Assembly (NCBI RefSeq): GCF_006345805.1 | Contig: NC_043003.1 | Location: forward strand, 54,622,001-54,686,000 | Direction: 5' to 3' | DNA: 64,000 nucleotides | Source: Octopus sinensis | Lineage: Eukaryota | Part shown: piece by piece, positions 13,408-26,509 of the stretch | Layout: every line of letters begins with the position of its first letter | How positions within the stretch are numbered: position 1 is the first letter of the stretch | Translations under genes and position numbers: made by a program | Notes under the pieces: model-generated | Told to the model about the DNA's origin: nothing | Seen by the model: the letters and a program-made list of their open reading frames with translations, nothing else | Databases searched by the model: none

Positions 13408-13918
13408 AAATTTTTGCAGAAGGCCAGCAACTTCGGGAGAGGGAGGAATTCGATGACATCGAACTCAATGTTCAACTGGTTTTGGAAAAATATGATTAAT
13501 TTCAAATTCTCGCACAAGGACAGCAATTTCAGAGGAGGGAGTAAGTCTATTACATCGGCCTCAGTGTTCGGCTGGACCTTTTTTTAATCGATCCCGGTGG
13601 GATGAAAAGCAAAGTCAATCTCAGAGGGATTTAGATTCAGAAGGTAAAGACGGACGAAAAGCTGAAAAACATTTTGCCTGGCATTCCAACAATTCCGCCA
13701 CCTCGCAGCCTTCATTCTAGTACTTAGTATTGGTTTCAAATTTTGGCTCAAGGCCAGCCATTTCGGGGGAAGATGTAAGTCAATTACATCAACTTCAGTG
13801 TTCAAATGTTTCTTATTTTATCGATCTCGGTGGTATCTGAACTCAGAACGTAAATACGGAGTAAATGCCGCAAAGCATTTTGTCCGGCGTGCTAAAGATG
13901 CTGGAAGCTCGCCACCTT
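13408..13918 (-). mobile_element. Cluster of three diverged S2 SINE copies
   Basis: Three successive aaggccagcaa..ttcggg tails with gatgaaaagcaaagtc and gaactcagaacgtaa segments; head ends at gctcgccacctt. Confidence 0.75.
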
Positions 13919-16349
13919 ATTCTGATACTTAATATTGACACTCTTCAAACGAAGCTCACTGGCTAATGAACGCCATTTAACAATATACTTACGAGGTAAC
14001 GAGGATTAACATGGTCGCTCCACTTGCTTGTAATAGCTGCCAAGTTACATTCAATTCTTTGGTTACCAGCTTAAAAGTGGGAGTACAATTTTTGGACAAC
14101 ATAATGCGAAGCATACTGACGGAAATATGAAAAAAAGTGTGTTATAGTGGTTGGAATATAATTCACCATAGTTATCATTAATTCTGAGAAAAACAAAGGA
14201 ACTTTAGTAGTAGCAGCAGCTACAAAAGTAGCAATAACAACAAAGAATAGAAATGACAACGACAACAACATTTCACAAGCAACCTGGAAAGTTTTCTTTA
14301 ATCATATCACGAGATTAAAGTTTTCATTAGCGTTCAACCTGCTAGAAGTAGTAGCGATTCCATTTATCTCTCTCTCTCTCACTCTCTATCTCAAATCGTA
14401 GACAATCATCTCTAAAAGAAAACGACATTTGGGATTATCTTGGATAAATAAGACAGTATAATCAAGGGCCCAATATGTCCCTCATGATTTAGAATTTGCA
14501 AATGGTCAGATCTGAACAACAGCTCTCCATGTAGATCGCCCATTCTCCCAGTCGATCTATAAATCTGTGCCTTCTGATTATGTCTTAAGCATCTCTTCCC
14601 TTTATATTTCCTTCTGTATATTCATATCTACACTTTACAAACTTTAAATTCTTAGTGGTTTTTGCAGCCGACTCTAAACTTAATCACGACCTATTCGTTC
14701 CGAAAACTAATTATTCTACACTCAAATGTTAATAAAACGATGTTGGTTTCTCTCAGCAGTAATATGCTTTCCTTAATGAATACATACTGAGGCAATAAAG
14801 ATCGTTCGACTTGCTAGAAATAATAGTTAAATATCATTGTCACTATATTTACCAGTCGTAAAACAACGAGGTATACATGGATAAATATTCTAGACGTACA
14901 ATGTATGAAATCAAAACTGGAATCTTCTCTTCATCATATGCGCAGTATTGGGATTCACCATCAGATAAACAACAGTAAGATAATGACTGTAACCCTATAG
15001 AGTCCTTGGAGCTGCTAGAAACACTAGTCAAATTACTCTCAAACCACAACCAGCTATCATAAAAAAGCGATGATATAGGTCTGAGTTATTGAGGTTTTTT
15101 TATAAAGTTATAGCTGATCTGAGATTAAACGACAATCTCAGTAGCAGCAGCTACCACAAGTAGAAGGAAAGCAAGTCTCTATCTTCATCTATCTTCAACT
15201 ATCTATCTTCTAAATTTACTACCTAGAAATAACAAATAATGTCAAAACAAGGCGACAAAATGTCTGACTTAATATCACAGTTTTATCGCAAAAAATAACA
15301 AATTCTGCCCAGCTAATTACAACAGCGTAACAAAAGTCTTATTGATATAGTATATTTACAAAATGAACCAGCCAGAAATTCACAATATGTCATTTTATGG
15401 CTCTGAAAACAAAAGAAAATTCTGTTAAATTCAAAACGGTTTTGGTTTATATAATTCCTTTGACTAATTCTACGCGAAAGTTGTAGTGAAAGAAAAGTGA
15501 CTAACTTTAATCATAATTTGCTTTTATGTACTTATGTGTATTGTGAATATTGGTGTGTGTATGTGTGTGTGTGTTTGAATTATTGGGTGTATATATGACC
15601 GTGTATAGGAGTTTCATTGAAAGCACGACTTTATTCTAGTTTTACTTTTTGATCTAGTTTTATTTTAATATTTTGGTATGAGATGTTAGCATTTTTGCCT
15701 TGATTTGGGAAAGGCTCTAATGTTTTTAAACATTTATCAACGTTTGCAAATGTTCGTACTCATATCCTTAAAAAGCTCGGAATTAGTGTAAGTTACTAAG
15801 TCACGCAACCAGGAACGAAACAAAATACTAGGACAAATATATGCAGCAATCATAAATAAGGTACTCTCTGAAGAACAGTACTCATGCTCAACTGGATACA
15901 CATAGAAACACATCATTCCAACAAAATCGTCTGTCATCCCAGACACGGACTTGATGCATTCACCCAACTGATAGCATGGTCAGATCAGTCGGGCTCCGTC
16001 CATCCGCCTATCGCATGCTACGCTCTCCAATATATCGTGCACTTGGTTTCGTTAGGTCACGGGGCGGTCAAACGATTTCCTAGACACAGCAGACAATTGG
16101 TCTTAAATCAAGAAGGCAAGTGAGCCCACCATGCTGTGTGGTTCCGGTTTTTGCCCCACATGAACTACCCTCAATCATGTAAAACTTCCGCATGATGACC
16201 TCATTTAAAACATGCCTGATTCTGACTCCGCCATCTTGAGCTGCTTGATTAGGATACTTATCGACGATTTGGCGTTAAGATGTGGAAATTTCTCTTGGCG
16301 ATATCAGGCATGTCCTCGACAGTAGCTCCGTAAACTTTATACAAACTGA

Positions 16350-17200
16350 ATATGAGTTAAGCGGCTAGATTCACCAGTAAAGGTATAGTGTAGTTTATTT
16401 TTTGTAGTAGTTTAGTACCGGAATTTTAATTTTGAGTGTTAGTGCAATATGCATTGAATCAGAGGATCGTCTTCGTTTGTGACTGATGTATGCTTTCACT
16501 GTGTTTTTCTTTATCATCAACGTGCGTTATAGATGTTGCATTCATTATTATACCCAACTGATTTAAAGGGTTAGTTTGTAAAGAATAGATGTTGTTCTCT
16601 ACTGATAGCCAGTTTTATCTTTCAAGTTAATTTGTGCAATTTGGAGTAGTATAGAGCAATTGTTACCTGTCGTAAAATTAGGTTGTCAAGACATTGGTGT
16701 TGTATATATATACTAGGTTTTACGCAGTTGAATGACGTAGGGATAGTTATGTTTGAAAATTTAACAATTGGAATTAATACATTTACATTTTCCACATTTG
16801 CAATTGAATTTATAGAATATATTGGACAGTACTTCATTTACAAGTTTATAAGAGTGTGGATTGTTATTAAACAGAAGTTTTGAAATGTCAACGTTTTCGT
16901 TATATATTTTTAGTGCTTATCTACGGCATGATATAATGTATTCTGTTTTATGTTATGAGATTCTTTAAAAAATTGTCCCCTTATTTTTTAGTCACTGTAT
17001 ATTTTAAACTTATCACACATTTTCAGCATCTTGTGCGGGTAAGGGTCATAGCCATGGTGTGGAGTTACGTTAACGATAACGAGTCTTCCATTCTATCAGA
17101 ACCTACTCCTGTTATTGATACCAGCTATCTGGCCTCGCATTGTGTTTGCATCACTCCACATCATGGAATGGGTCAATGAGGTATTTGGCAAATCTGACAG
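16350..17200 (-). mobile_element. Highly decayed Penelope-like element remnant (GIY-YIG region)
   Basis: Minus-strand frame reads VLSNIFYKFNCKCGKC, resembling the xxYKFxCxCG first half of PLE GIY-YIG domains; many stops. Confidence 0.4.
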
Positions 17201-17223
17201 AGTTATATATTGATATATATAAA

Positions 17224-18170
17224 GGGAAAGTTTACGAAAAAAACAAAAGACGAAGACAGGTGGCGTACAAAACAAACAGATGTATTGGTAAAGCATTCAG
17301 GAATAGAAACAGTATTTTACGTTTCGAGCCTACGCTCTTCTACAGAAAGGTACACAGATAAAACAAGGAGAGAAAAGAATGTGTGTAGTAGCTAACGATC
17401 TATCATGGCGTCTGGCTCGGACAGAATGGTCAGACGGGAAGGGGAAAGTAGGGGAGATAACACGGTCAAGTGTGTGTGTGTGTGTGTGTGTTTGTGTGCG
17501 TGTGTAAATTCGTGGGTAGCTACTCTTCTTAATATATCTATCGTTTTTAATATTTGCATGGGTATTATTCTAAGATCCTTGTAGTAGTATCATCTGTGGT
17601 AGAAGTATTCAAAAATGTTTATATTTTGTGATACAATATTTCTTTGCTAATGCGCTGATTATAGGTTGCATTGTCCGTGAATTTATAGAGGGGAAAATTC
17701 TAAAGACGGGTTGCTCATTACTGGCGCAAATGTTCACTTATTGCTATTTTTTTGGTATTCCTGTATTTTCATCTGAGATCTATGAACGGTAATCCTCTGA
17801 CGTCGACTGTTTTTAGTTTGACCAATGTATTGCTTTTGACACCCTGAGCAAGTTAAAATATATATATAAACATATATATAGCAAGTTAAAACATATATAT
17901 AAACATATATATTAGGTTTTCCGAAGCACGCGTGAAGTTGGTTTTCCCAGAAAACGTTGACACTGTTTCAGGAACTCCGGTCCTTCAATTACGTTGACGT
18001 ATATATCACAGTTAGGTCTTCCGCAATTTTTTGCTGTCCGTTTCGATGTTGTTGACGAGTGTACTTCGGCTTGAATTAGAAGATTTTTTATTGACTTGAG
18101 TTGTCTTTACTCTTTATGATGGTGTGCGTTTGGAGGATCTGATTTATGCTATGGTCCCATCTTAGTAAAG
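17224..18170 (-). mobile_element. Penelope-like element 3' part: Cys linker plus GIY-YIG endonuclease plus pLTR family 1
   Basis: Minus strand reads ILQTHTIIKSKRQ.KSIKNLLIQA..CGRPNCD.., FT(C)ASENL, CSGCQKQYIGQTKNSRRQRITVHRSQM; followed by pLTR at 17224-17462 with hammerhead-like motif at about 17315-17349. Confidence 0.85.
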
Positions 18171-18176
18171 GAATGT

Positions 18177-18238
18177 TCTTCTTCTTCTTCTTCTTCTTCT
18201 TCTTCTTCTTCTTCTTCTTCTTCTTCTTCTTCTTCTCC
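18177..18238. repeat. (TCT)n microsatellite
   Basis: About 20 near-perfect units. Confidence 0.95.
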
Positions 18239-18740
18239 TCCATCCTCGACTGTTATTGCTTAAACCATCAAACTTCAGAACAACATATTTCTCTGCACCC
18301 ATAAAGACTATTTTTTTCAGATCTGCTACTAACTACCGAGCCTTTACAAAGAGAAAGAGAGAGGCAGACAAGAAAAAAAAATCTCCTACGTATTTGAAGA
18401 CTATGGAAATAATTAGAAAACATTTCATTTAATTTTTTGTTTAAGTTAATTGTCTTGTTTTACTCTTAGTTAAAAAAGCTGAAACCGGTACTAACCTTTA
18501 CAAAATATATGTATATATACATATATATATGTGCTTGTGAGTAGATTTCCTAAGTTTTACACGGTATGCGGTTGTACAGTTTTACTTTAACAAAATCATT
18601 TCTTCATTTCTGTTTTGGGCGTTTCATTTTCGTTTGATTTTATTTTCACTTCACATCTCCTATAGTGACGTAGGATGCACACTAAAATAGCTCTTCCGAT
18701 AAGTTAAATTTTGTGAGTCATCTGACCTTTCCGAATATGA

Positions 18741-18933
18741 TTAGTCACATGGGGTGTTTACACACCCCAATGCAAACATGGGTGAGCCGTGACTGCGCCC
18801 ACCACATTAACACAGCCTCACTCAGAAGAGTAGAGTAAGGGAGCAAAACACAAAAAGGGAAAAACATAAGTTGCCAAATAGAAATTATGAGTTTAAAAAA
18901 AAATTCGGATGACAACACACCTCATGTGACTAA
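18741..18933. repeat. MITE-like element with about 18-bp inverted termini
   Basis: ttagtcacatggggtgtt ... aacacacctcatgtgactaa. Confidence 0.35.
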
Positions 18934-19087
18934 CGAAGGGGTAAATAGTTTGAATGACACAATGCAAAATGTCAAACCAAAAACGGACCAGAAATTCTCT
19001 TGTTTGAAAGTTACAATTAAAATGTTAAATCGCGTGCAAAATAAAAAGGATTAACATATGAAATTATGACAGACGCATAATAGGGTC

Positions 19088-19380
19088 CCTGAAATTAAGA
19101 CAACCACTTTAAAGGAGTGGTGAAACGTCATCTTACATGGAGTAGGTTTTAATGGTCTTGAATATGCAAACGTGAAAAATAAATGAATAAAAAATGTTCT
19201 AAACTCCGAGGTAATTAATATCGGCATTTTAAAATGTGATGAATGGTTGTATGAATTTTACGAAGTAATTGCTGGTTGTTTGCGAAATAGGAATTAAATG
19301 AATATTTAGTTGACATGTTCACCATAATTCTAAATTACGAAAGGTATATTGATGCTGATGAATGAGACTCACAGAATATT
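19088..19380. repeat. Diverged direct repeat of about 250-300 bp, second copy at 22603-22850
   Basis: Shared anchors ctgaaattaagacaacca, tttag(t/a)tgacatgt, ctaaatta(c/t)gaaa..tatattgatg in the same order. Confidence 0.6.
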
Positions 19381-19860
19381 ACAAAAATTGGGAGCTCATT
19401 TCATTAAGAATGTTCGGATCCAAGGAACAGTAACACAGTTTAAAGAGAAATAAGGCGCTCTGCCTACTAATATATATATAGAAAACGCATATTACTATAA
19501 CACATAAAAGAAATAAAAAGATAGCATTGATACTACTTGGGATTCTGAATTTAAGAAGATAACTCCTGTTGTGATAGCAAAATGATGAGGTTTAATTCTA
19601 AGCAAAACTAGACTAGCATGATAATCGCGCACGCTGTGGGGCAGTTACCTCCCTGTCAATGCATAGGCTTGTGTATCTTTGCTGCTAAGGGGTTTTAACT
19701 ATTATTTCTAGCAATGCAGGTGTTACGCTGCACCGTCTATCACAATTAGTAAGAAGTATATATATATATGTGTGTGTGTGAGAGTGCGTGTGTATATTTA
19801 CATGTGCGTGTGTGTGTATATGTGTATATAGTTTGTATGTATGTGTGTGTATATATATAT

Positions 19861-19932
<72 letters not shown>

Positions 19933-20421
19933 TTGTATCGGTCAGTTGTTCATAATCTCGAAAAGAAAAAACATACACTGATAATCTTTATGAGCAGTGA
20001 TATGTATTTTTTTGAGTAGTGGTAATGGATTTATTTAAGGTAGCAAAATCAGTTTTTCGGTATTGAAAAATAAAACAGCTCCATGCCATCAGTTTTTTTT
20101 CTTTCTTTCATTCTGACAGAAGTACATTTTGCACAACACAAGTTGTTTCCTGTCACAGTGACCGAAGCTGATTTAACTTGAGAAAGTACTCGTGGCTATA
20201 GGTATCTGTGGAATACACGGAAGTTAATTTCCTTTCAGTTGATGTTCCGAATAGGAATTCGATCTAACAATTTAATGCGCATTTTCGAAAGCTACACACA
20301 CGTTTCACATGAATATGTCTATATCTGCAGCGTAGGTTTTAACACTCACTCTCACACATGCACGCACGCGCGGGCATATGCGTATGTGCGAGTGCGCAGC
20401 AAATAATTTTAAAAGAATAAA

Positions 20422-20467
<46 letters not shown>

Positions 20468-20468
<1 letters not shown>

Positions 20469-20668
20469 GCCATGATAGATCGTTAGCCACTACACACATT
20501 TTTTTTCTTTCCTTGTTTGTCTCCTTTTTTTTCTGTGTACCTTTCTGTAGAAGAGCATAGGCTCGAAACGTAAAAGACATTTTCTATTCCTGAGCGCTAT
20601 ACTAATACATCTATTTGTTTTGTACACCATCTGTCTTCGTCTTTTGTTTTTTTTTCGTAAACTTTCCC
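20468..20668 (+). repeat. Solo pLTR family 1 with hammerhead-like motif at 20541-20576
   Basis: ctttCTGTAGAaGAGCatagGCTCGAAACGTAaaag; (TA)n on both sides. Confidence 0.8.
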
Positions 20669-20708
20669 TATATATATATATATTTATATGTATATATATA
20701 AATATATG

Positions 20709-20940
20709 AAAATTATAATTTAGGGTAACTAAGAGATACCACCACGCTGGGAATAGCAGCCAAAATGACCCTAAAACCAGATTAAATGTTTAATGTAGTT
20801 TTAGAGTCATGTTTTGGCTGCTATTTCCAGCGTGGTGGTATCTCTTAGATACCCTAAATTATAATTTTAATAACTATTGCCTTTGAAAGTGCTTATTCCC
20901 ATGCTGGCCACCTGATGAGATCGGTATTTAAATATCGGTC
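20709..20940. repeat. Foldback element (about 69-bp arms) followed by a partial hammerhead motif
   Basis: Arms 20709-20777 and 20798-20868; CTGATGA at 20912-20918 followed by hairpin gatcggtattt/aaatatcggtc. Confidence 0.75.
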
Positions 20941-20959
20941 TTATCCTTATTTATATAAA

Positions 20960-21010
<51 letters not shown>

Positions 21011-21064
21011 GGACCATAGGCGCAATGCAGTGTGTAAATATGTATATATATGTATATTTATATA

Positions 21065-21260
21065 TATTGTTATATTTCGGAATGGTCATTTTACCAGTTT
21101 AGCCAATAAAAACGCACGCCCTATATATTTGGTGTTACTTTGCTTCAGTGTTATTTATTTTTTACATTAATCTTAATTTTATTTCGGCCAGAGTTCTTTC
21201 GTCACACTCCTGTGACAGCATCAGTGGTCCTTTGTTTTCTGCTTTCTTAATTGTGTCTCA
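21065..21260 (-). repeat. Terminal-repeat family 2 with hammerhead-like motif at 21186-21230
   Basis: Reverse complement reads ggaccaCTGATGCtGTCACAggagTGTGACGAAAgaacTCtggcc. Confidence 0.6.
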
Positions 21261-21827
21261 ACTTACTAACCGTCAGCCATTTTGTATTTCTATTGTATGT
21301 CTTCATTTGCGCATGCTTATATCTCTATGTGCGTCTATGCTTATTTAGTGTGTGTGTGTGTGGGGATGCCTGTAATATTTGTATCTTCTGTTTATATACG
21401 TTCATGTAATTTGTTTCTGTTGTTGTTGTTTTTGTTTATTTTTATTTTGTTCATGTGTTTACATCCACTTATTATTATCATTACATATGCTTGTATGTAT
21501 GTATAACAACAATACTAGTAATAATAATAATAAATCGAAAAGAAAAATAGTTATTTATTTCTATTTGTTTATTTATCTGTGTATTTATTATGTTTTCGGG
21601 ATCCCCTACCGTCATATGTTGTGGTGTGTGCTAGTGTTCCATTCTAGTTTTCTTTTCAGGCTAAGTTTATTTTCTATTATGTGTGTAGCCTCTGTAATTT
21701 GTCTGATTGTTGCATCTGTTCTATGCGTGGACAATATTTTAATTTCTATGTTGTTGATTGATCCCCCGTGTTCCTGTTCGGCGTGTTGGTACAGAATCGA
21801 TGATCTATTACCTTCCTTGAGTTGTAC

Positions 21828-21916
<89 letters not shown>

Positions 21917-22013
21917 GTATATGTATATATATATATAATAAATATTAGGGAATAAATCCAAATTTACAGGGAAAAATCAGATTTAGGATTGAATCCAATT
22001 TTATAGTAAAATA

Positions 22014-22230
22014 TAATATAATATTAATTAGAGACAAAACCACTATTATGCAAATCAAACAAAGAAAGACTTAGTCCAATACATAAAAAAATTTTATATA
22101 AATTAAATATAATTAAGATAGTGGATATGTTAATTATATTTATATTTATATAAAAATTTTTATGTATTGGATTAAGTCTTTCTTTGTTTGATTTGCATAA
22201 TAGTGGTTTTGTCTCTAATTAATATTATAT
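22014..22230. repeat. Foldback element, about 88-bp arms, about 40-bp spacer, between (TA)n tracts
   Basis: attaattagagacaaaaccactattatgcaaatcaaacaaagaaagac.. / ..gtctttctttgtttgatttgcataatagtggttttgtctctaattaat. Confidence 0.9.
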
Positions 22231-23103
22231 ATATATATATATGTATAATGAGCAGTGATATAAACATGCATATGTACGTATAGTTATCCGTATGTTTACC
22301 CGGTTACACAAAGTGATTTCACTTAAGCAAGTTTATTTTCCTAATGGTAAATAGCTTTACAATAGTCACCATATAATTTTGTTGTTTCTGCGGTGTTTTG
22401 TATTACTCGATTTTAATTGCAATTCATGTCTTCTCCATTCAATTAGACTGCATAGAATAGTAGTTCTTCTGTTTTACAAATTATATTTTATTTAATACTT
22501 TAAGTGACTCGGTCCTCAATGTCAAGTTCAAAATTAGCACGAAAGTCTGTCTTTAAAAGTGACCATTAAGTTATTTAATCAATATCGAAATAGGAAGAGT
22601 TACTGAAATTAAGACAACCAACTTTAAAATTTGTTAAACTGCAAAGAACAACAACAAAATGTAACGCAACTCAGACGTAATTAGTATCCTGATGTTAAAA
22701 GATGAATGCTTGCTTGAATTATTTTTCGGCGATATTAAAGATTGTTTGTGGAACTGGAGTTAAATTGAGATTTAGATGACATGTCTAACATAACTCTAAA
22801 TTATGAAAACTATATTGATGAGAATGAAATCAGGCTTAGAGACTACCGCAAAGATGCATATATACGAGTAACGAAAGCAAGAAACGTGAGAACAAGGTTT
22901 GCTCACTTGTTTTCTTTATTTAAAATTCGGACATTACTTACGGGATGACCAGATATTTTAAAGTGAAAGAAACATATATATATATATATATTTGATTTGC
23001 CTAATAGTCGTTTTATCTCTAATTTAATTTATATTTATACTGTAAAGTTTGATTTAATCCTAAATCTAATTTTTAGCTGTAAGTTTGGATATACTCCCTA
23101 TTA

Positions 23104-23240
<137 letters not shown>

Positions 23241-23817
23241 GAGTGAGAGAGCAGTGCATGCCATCAAAATGACACTGGGGTAAAATATACGAAGCCCAGT
23301 ACACCCATCATGACTACCCGTCTGATAAGGGTACACTAGGCACATGCATCACAACCATATGTGCGCGACATAGTGATCTCATATCAGGATAAACAGCACA
23401 TGACCTTGCCGGTGGGGCCCTGTTAGAATTTTCTTCTGGTCGAGTAGCCCGTCCCGCTCAAAAGGTCCCTGAGTAAGGATTGTTTAAGGATGTTGAACGA
23501 AACACTCATGTTTCCAGAGGTGAATTATCCACATCCCAAAGAATCCCTCTCAACACATGGCTATGATGCTCCCCCACTACTTCTGCTCGTGATCAGAGAT
23601 GCACATATGGTCAGCCACTAAGGGACATGCTCAACTGGTTAAGGTCAAACAACTGACAAGCAAATCGGTGGTATTGAGCAGAATATTTACTGTAGCCCAT
23701 CTTTTATACCAAGACAAAACAATGTACATGATAACATTTCCAATGTACATGATAACACATTCAATGTACATGATAACACATTCCATGTACGTGATAACAC
23801 TTCCAATGTACATGATT
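23241..23817. mobile_element. Unclassified GC-richer interspersed element embedded in (TTA)n, with a 21-bp tandem repeat at 23721-23817
   Basis: Sharp GC rise relative to the flanks; (TTA)n on both sides; aatgtacatgataacayttcc about 4.5 times. Confidence 0.55.
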
Positions 23818-23829
23818 ATTATAATAATA

Positions 23830-23888
<59 letters not shown>

Positions 23889-24129
23889 CACGTTTGTATA
23901 AAGATATAAAATGTAAATAAGTAACAAAAATTTTCAGGTATCAAGGCTATACGGCCGTTTCGAGCGGCACCATTTAATTGATCAATGAATACATTACATC
24001 AATTTGAATGAGATCGCTCAGAAGTAAATGACAGTATAGATTTCCAACATAAAGGATAAATCATTTTTAACAAATTTATATCTATACTAAAATACTAAAA
24101 TAACTATATTTTTTCCTTACGTTATATTT

Positions 24130-24690
24130 GTGGCAGAATTAATTTAGAGAATAATGCATACCTTATTAAGCCTACTATAATTAAAAACGTCATGTGTTGT
24201 TGCTTTATCTCAATATCTTCTGTAGGGAGGCTGCCAGACCACTTATGTTCCATGACCTCTTTCTTGATACCCTTCCAATCAGCTTTGTAAAAGTTCAGGA
24301 TCGAGAACAATTGGGTACTTCTAGTAGCCTGAATGTATCTAGTCTTCTGTGGACTATACATACTTAGTTCTATTAAGTGATGGTCAGAGACAATTGTCGG
24401 TATCACCGTAAAATTATCGATAAGCGCCGCGTTGTTTGCGAAGCAGATGTCCAGGACATTTCCCCCTCCTTTTTCAGTGGAGACCTATTTGCTCAATAAA
24501 GAGCATATTAGTGAGGTCAAGCAGAGATTCTGCATGCCTCAAGCCATGCAGTGATATGCCTGAGACAAGGCGGCCCTCAGGCCATTCGACATAAGGGTAG
24601 TTGAAATCCCCCAAAAGAATTATGTGCAGGGTGTCATCCAGGCTGGTTAATACTTTTTTCATTTCTTGGAGGCTCTCTTTAAATCTCCAT
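24130..24690 (-). mobile_element. CR1-type LINE AP-endonuclease fragment
   Basis: ORF track gives IILLGDFNYPYVEW, GNVLD-type motif (manual), VSDHHLIEL and LNFYKADW, which are classic APE motifs (GDFN, LD, SDH). Confidence 0.9.
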
Positions 24691-24769
<79 letters not shown>

Positions 24770-25491
24770 GTGTGTGTGTGTAGACATATAAGCATATATA
24801 TATTATATTTATATATGCATATATATATATGCTACAAGTGTACATGTATATATTACATATATATATGTTTATATACACACACGTACAATACAGACACACA
24901 CGTATGCGCACACACATGCTTGTCTCGTTTGATCAACTATATTGACCAAAACATAGAAGGCAAATGATAAATATGTTGTACATCATCATGAAGTTATGAA
25001 GTATAAAATTGTTTATGGCCAATACACGCACGCTCACATGCATATATTTTTAAACGCACACACACACGCACATACGCGCTTAAACACACATATATGTACA
25101 CTTATGTGTATATATATACATTTATATATATGTATATAAATGCATATATGTATACATGTATCTATATATGTATATACATATGTGTATATATGTATATACA
25201 TATATATGTATATACATATGTGTATATATGTATATACATATATGTGTATGCATGTATATACATATACATAATATATATATATATATATATATATATACAT
25301 TCATATATATAAACATAGGCGTGTGTGCGTATACGTGCGTGTGAGAATGTGTGTGTATGTTGTGTACACGTGTACGCTCATATTCATATGATTTGATGCA
25401 TAGCATAATCAGTCATTTTTTCAAGTATAGGGTTATGAAAACTGTTGTGTATATGTTGGACATGAAATATGTGTAGTATGAATATATGTAG

Positions 25492-25825
25492 CACGTGTTC
25501 GTGCGATAAGATGTGTATATGTACTGGCAGCACACACACACACAGACATACACACACAGATGCACATACACATACTGGCACACGTGTTCGAGTGATTAGA
25601 TATGTATAACTATTGGCAACACACACACACACACACACACATACACTCACATACAGATACACACACACACACACATTGTAGCAAACGTGTTCGTGCGATA
25701 AGATGTGTATATGTACTGACAACACACACTCAGACACACGCACACACACACATACAGACACACACATACAGACATACACATACTTGCACACGTGTTCGTG
25801 TGTTAAGATGTCTATATATACTGGC
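25492..25825. repeat. Minisatellite, 4 units of about 90-105 bp
   Basis: Core cacgtgttcgtgcgataagatgtgtatatgtactggc at 25492, 25581, about 25685 and 25789, separated by (CA)n. Confidence 0.8.
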
Positions 25826-26509
25826 CACACACACACACAGACACACACGTGCGCCAGCTTATGTATTACATATAGGTATTCTTGAGGCAATATGCGAGCG
25901 TGCGTGTGTGTGTAGACACATACATGCTCTGTGCATTCTTTTATATTTATATATCAATCCGTATATTTATGTATCAGATTTTTCACAATTCTCTTCCTTC
26001 GATTTTCCTCTCCTGTTTTCTGTTCTAATGCCATGGCTAAGTCCTCTGAAAGCAATTTCTTGCCACGCATTGCTACGTCCTCGAAATCTCTTCCATCAAA
26101 ATCTATTTCTCACGGACCGCCATAATTCATTTTGTTTGCTATCCCTCTACCTTTCCTATAAACGTGTTTCGAAAGCGAAAACATATAAAACATTTAAAAC
26201 ATATAAATATTAATACTTAGCGGACAGCGTTGATGATCATTGCGATAATTATTACGATGCTGGTGATGATGATGATGATGATTGAACACAATGATCCAAA
26301 ACATACACGGCAAAACGAGTCTTATGAAATAAGTGAAAAGCGGTATTTATAGTAATAACGGTAATAATGTAATATATATATATTATATATATATATATAT
26401 TATATATATATATATATATATCCATATACATGTCTATGTCATTTATATATATATGTACACGCACAAACATGCACAAACGAGTAGAAACGCATATATATAT
26501 ATATGTATA

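Noticed and set aside
15730-16330. GC-richer block with short ORFs
   Set aside because: Probably an old TE, but I could not recognise any motif, so it is left unannotated
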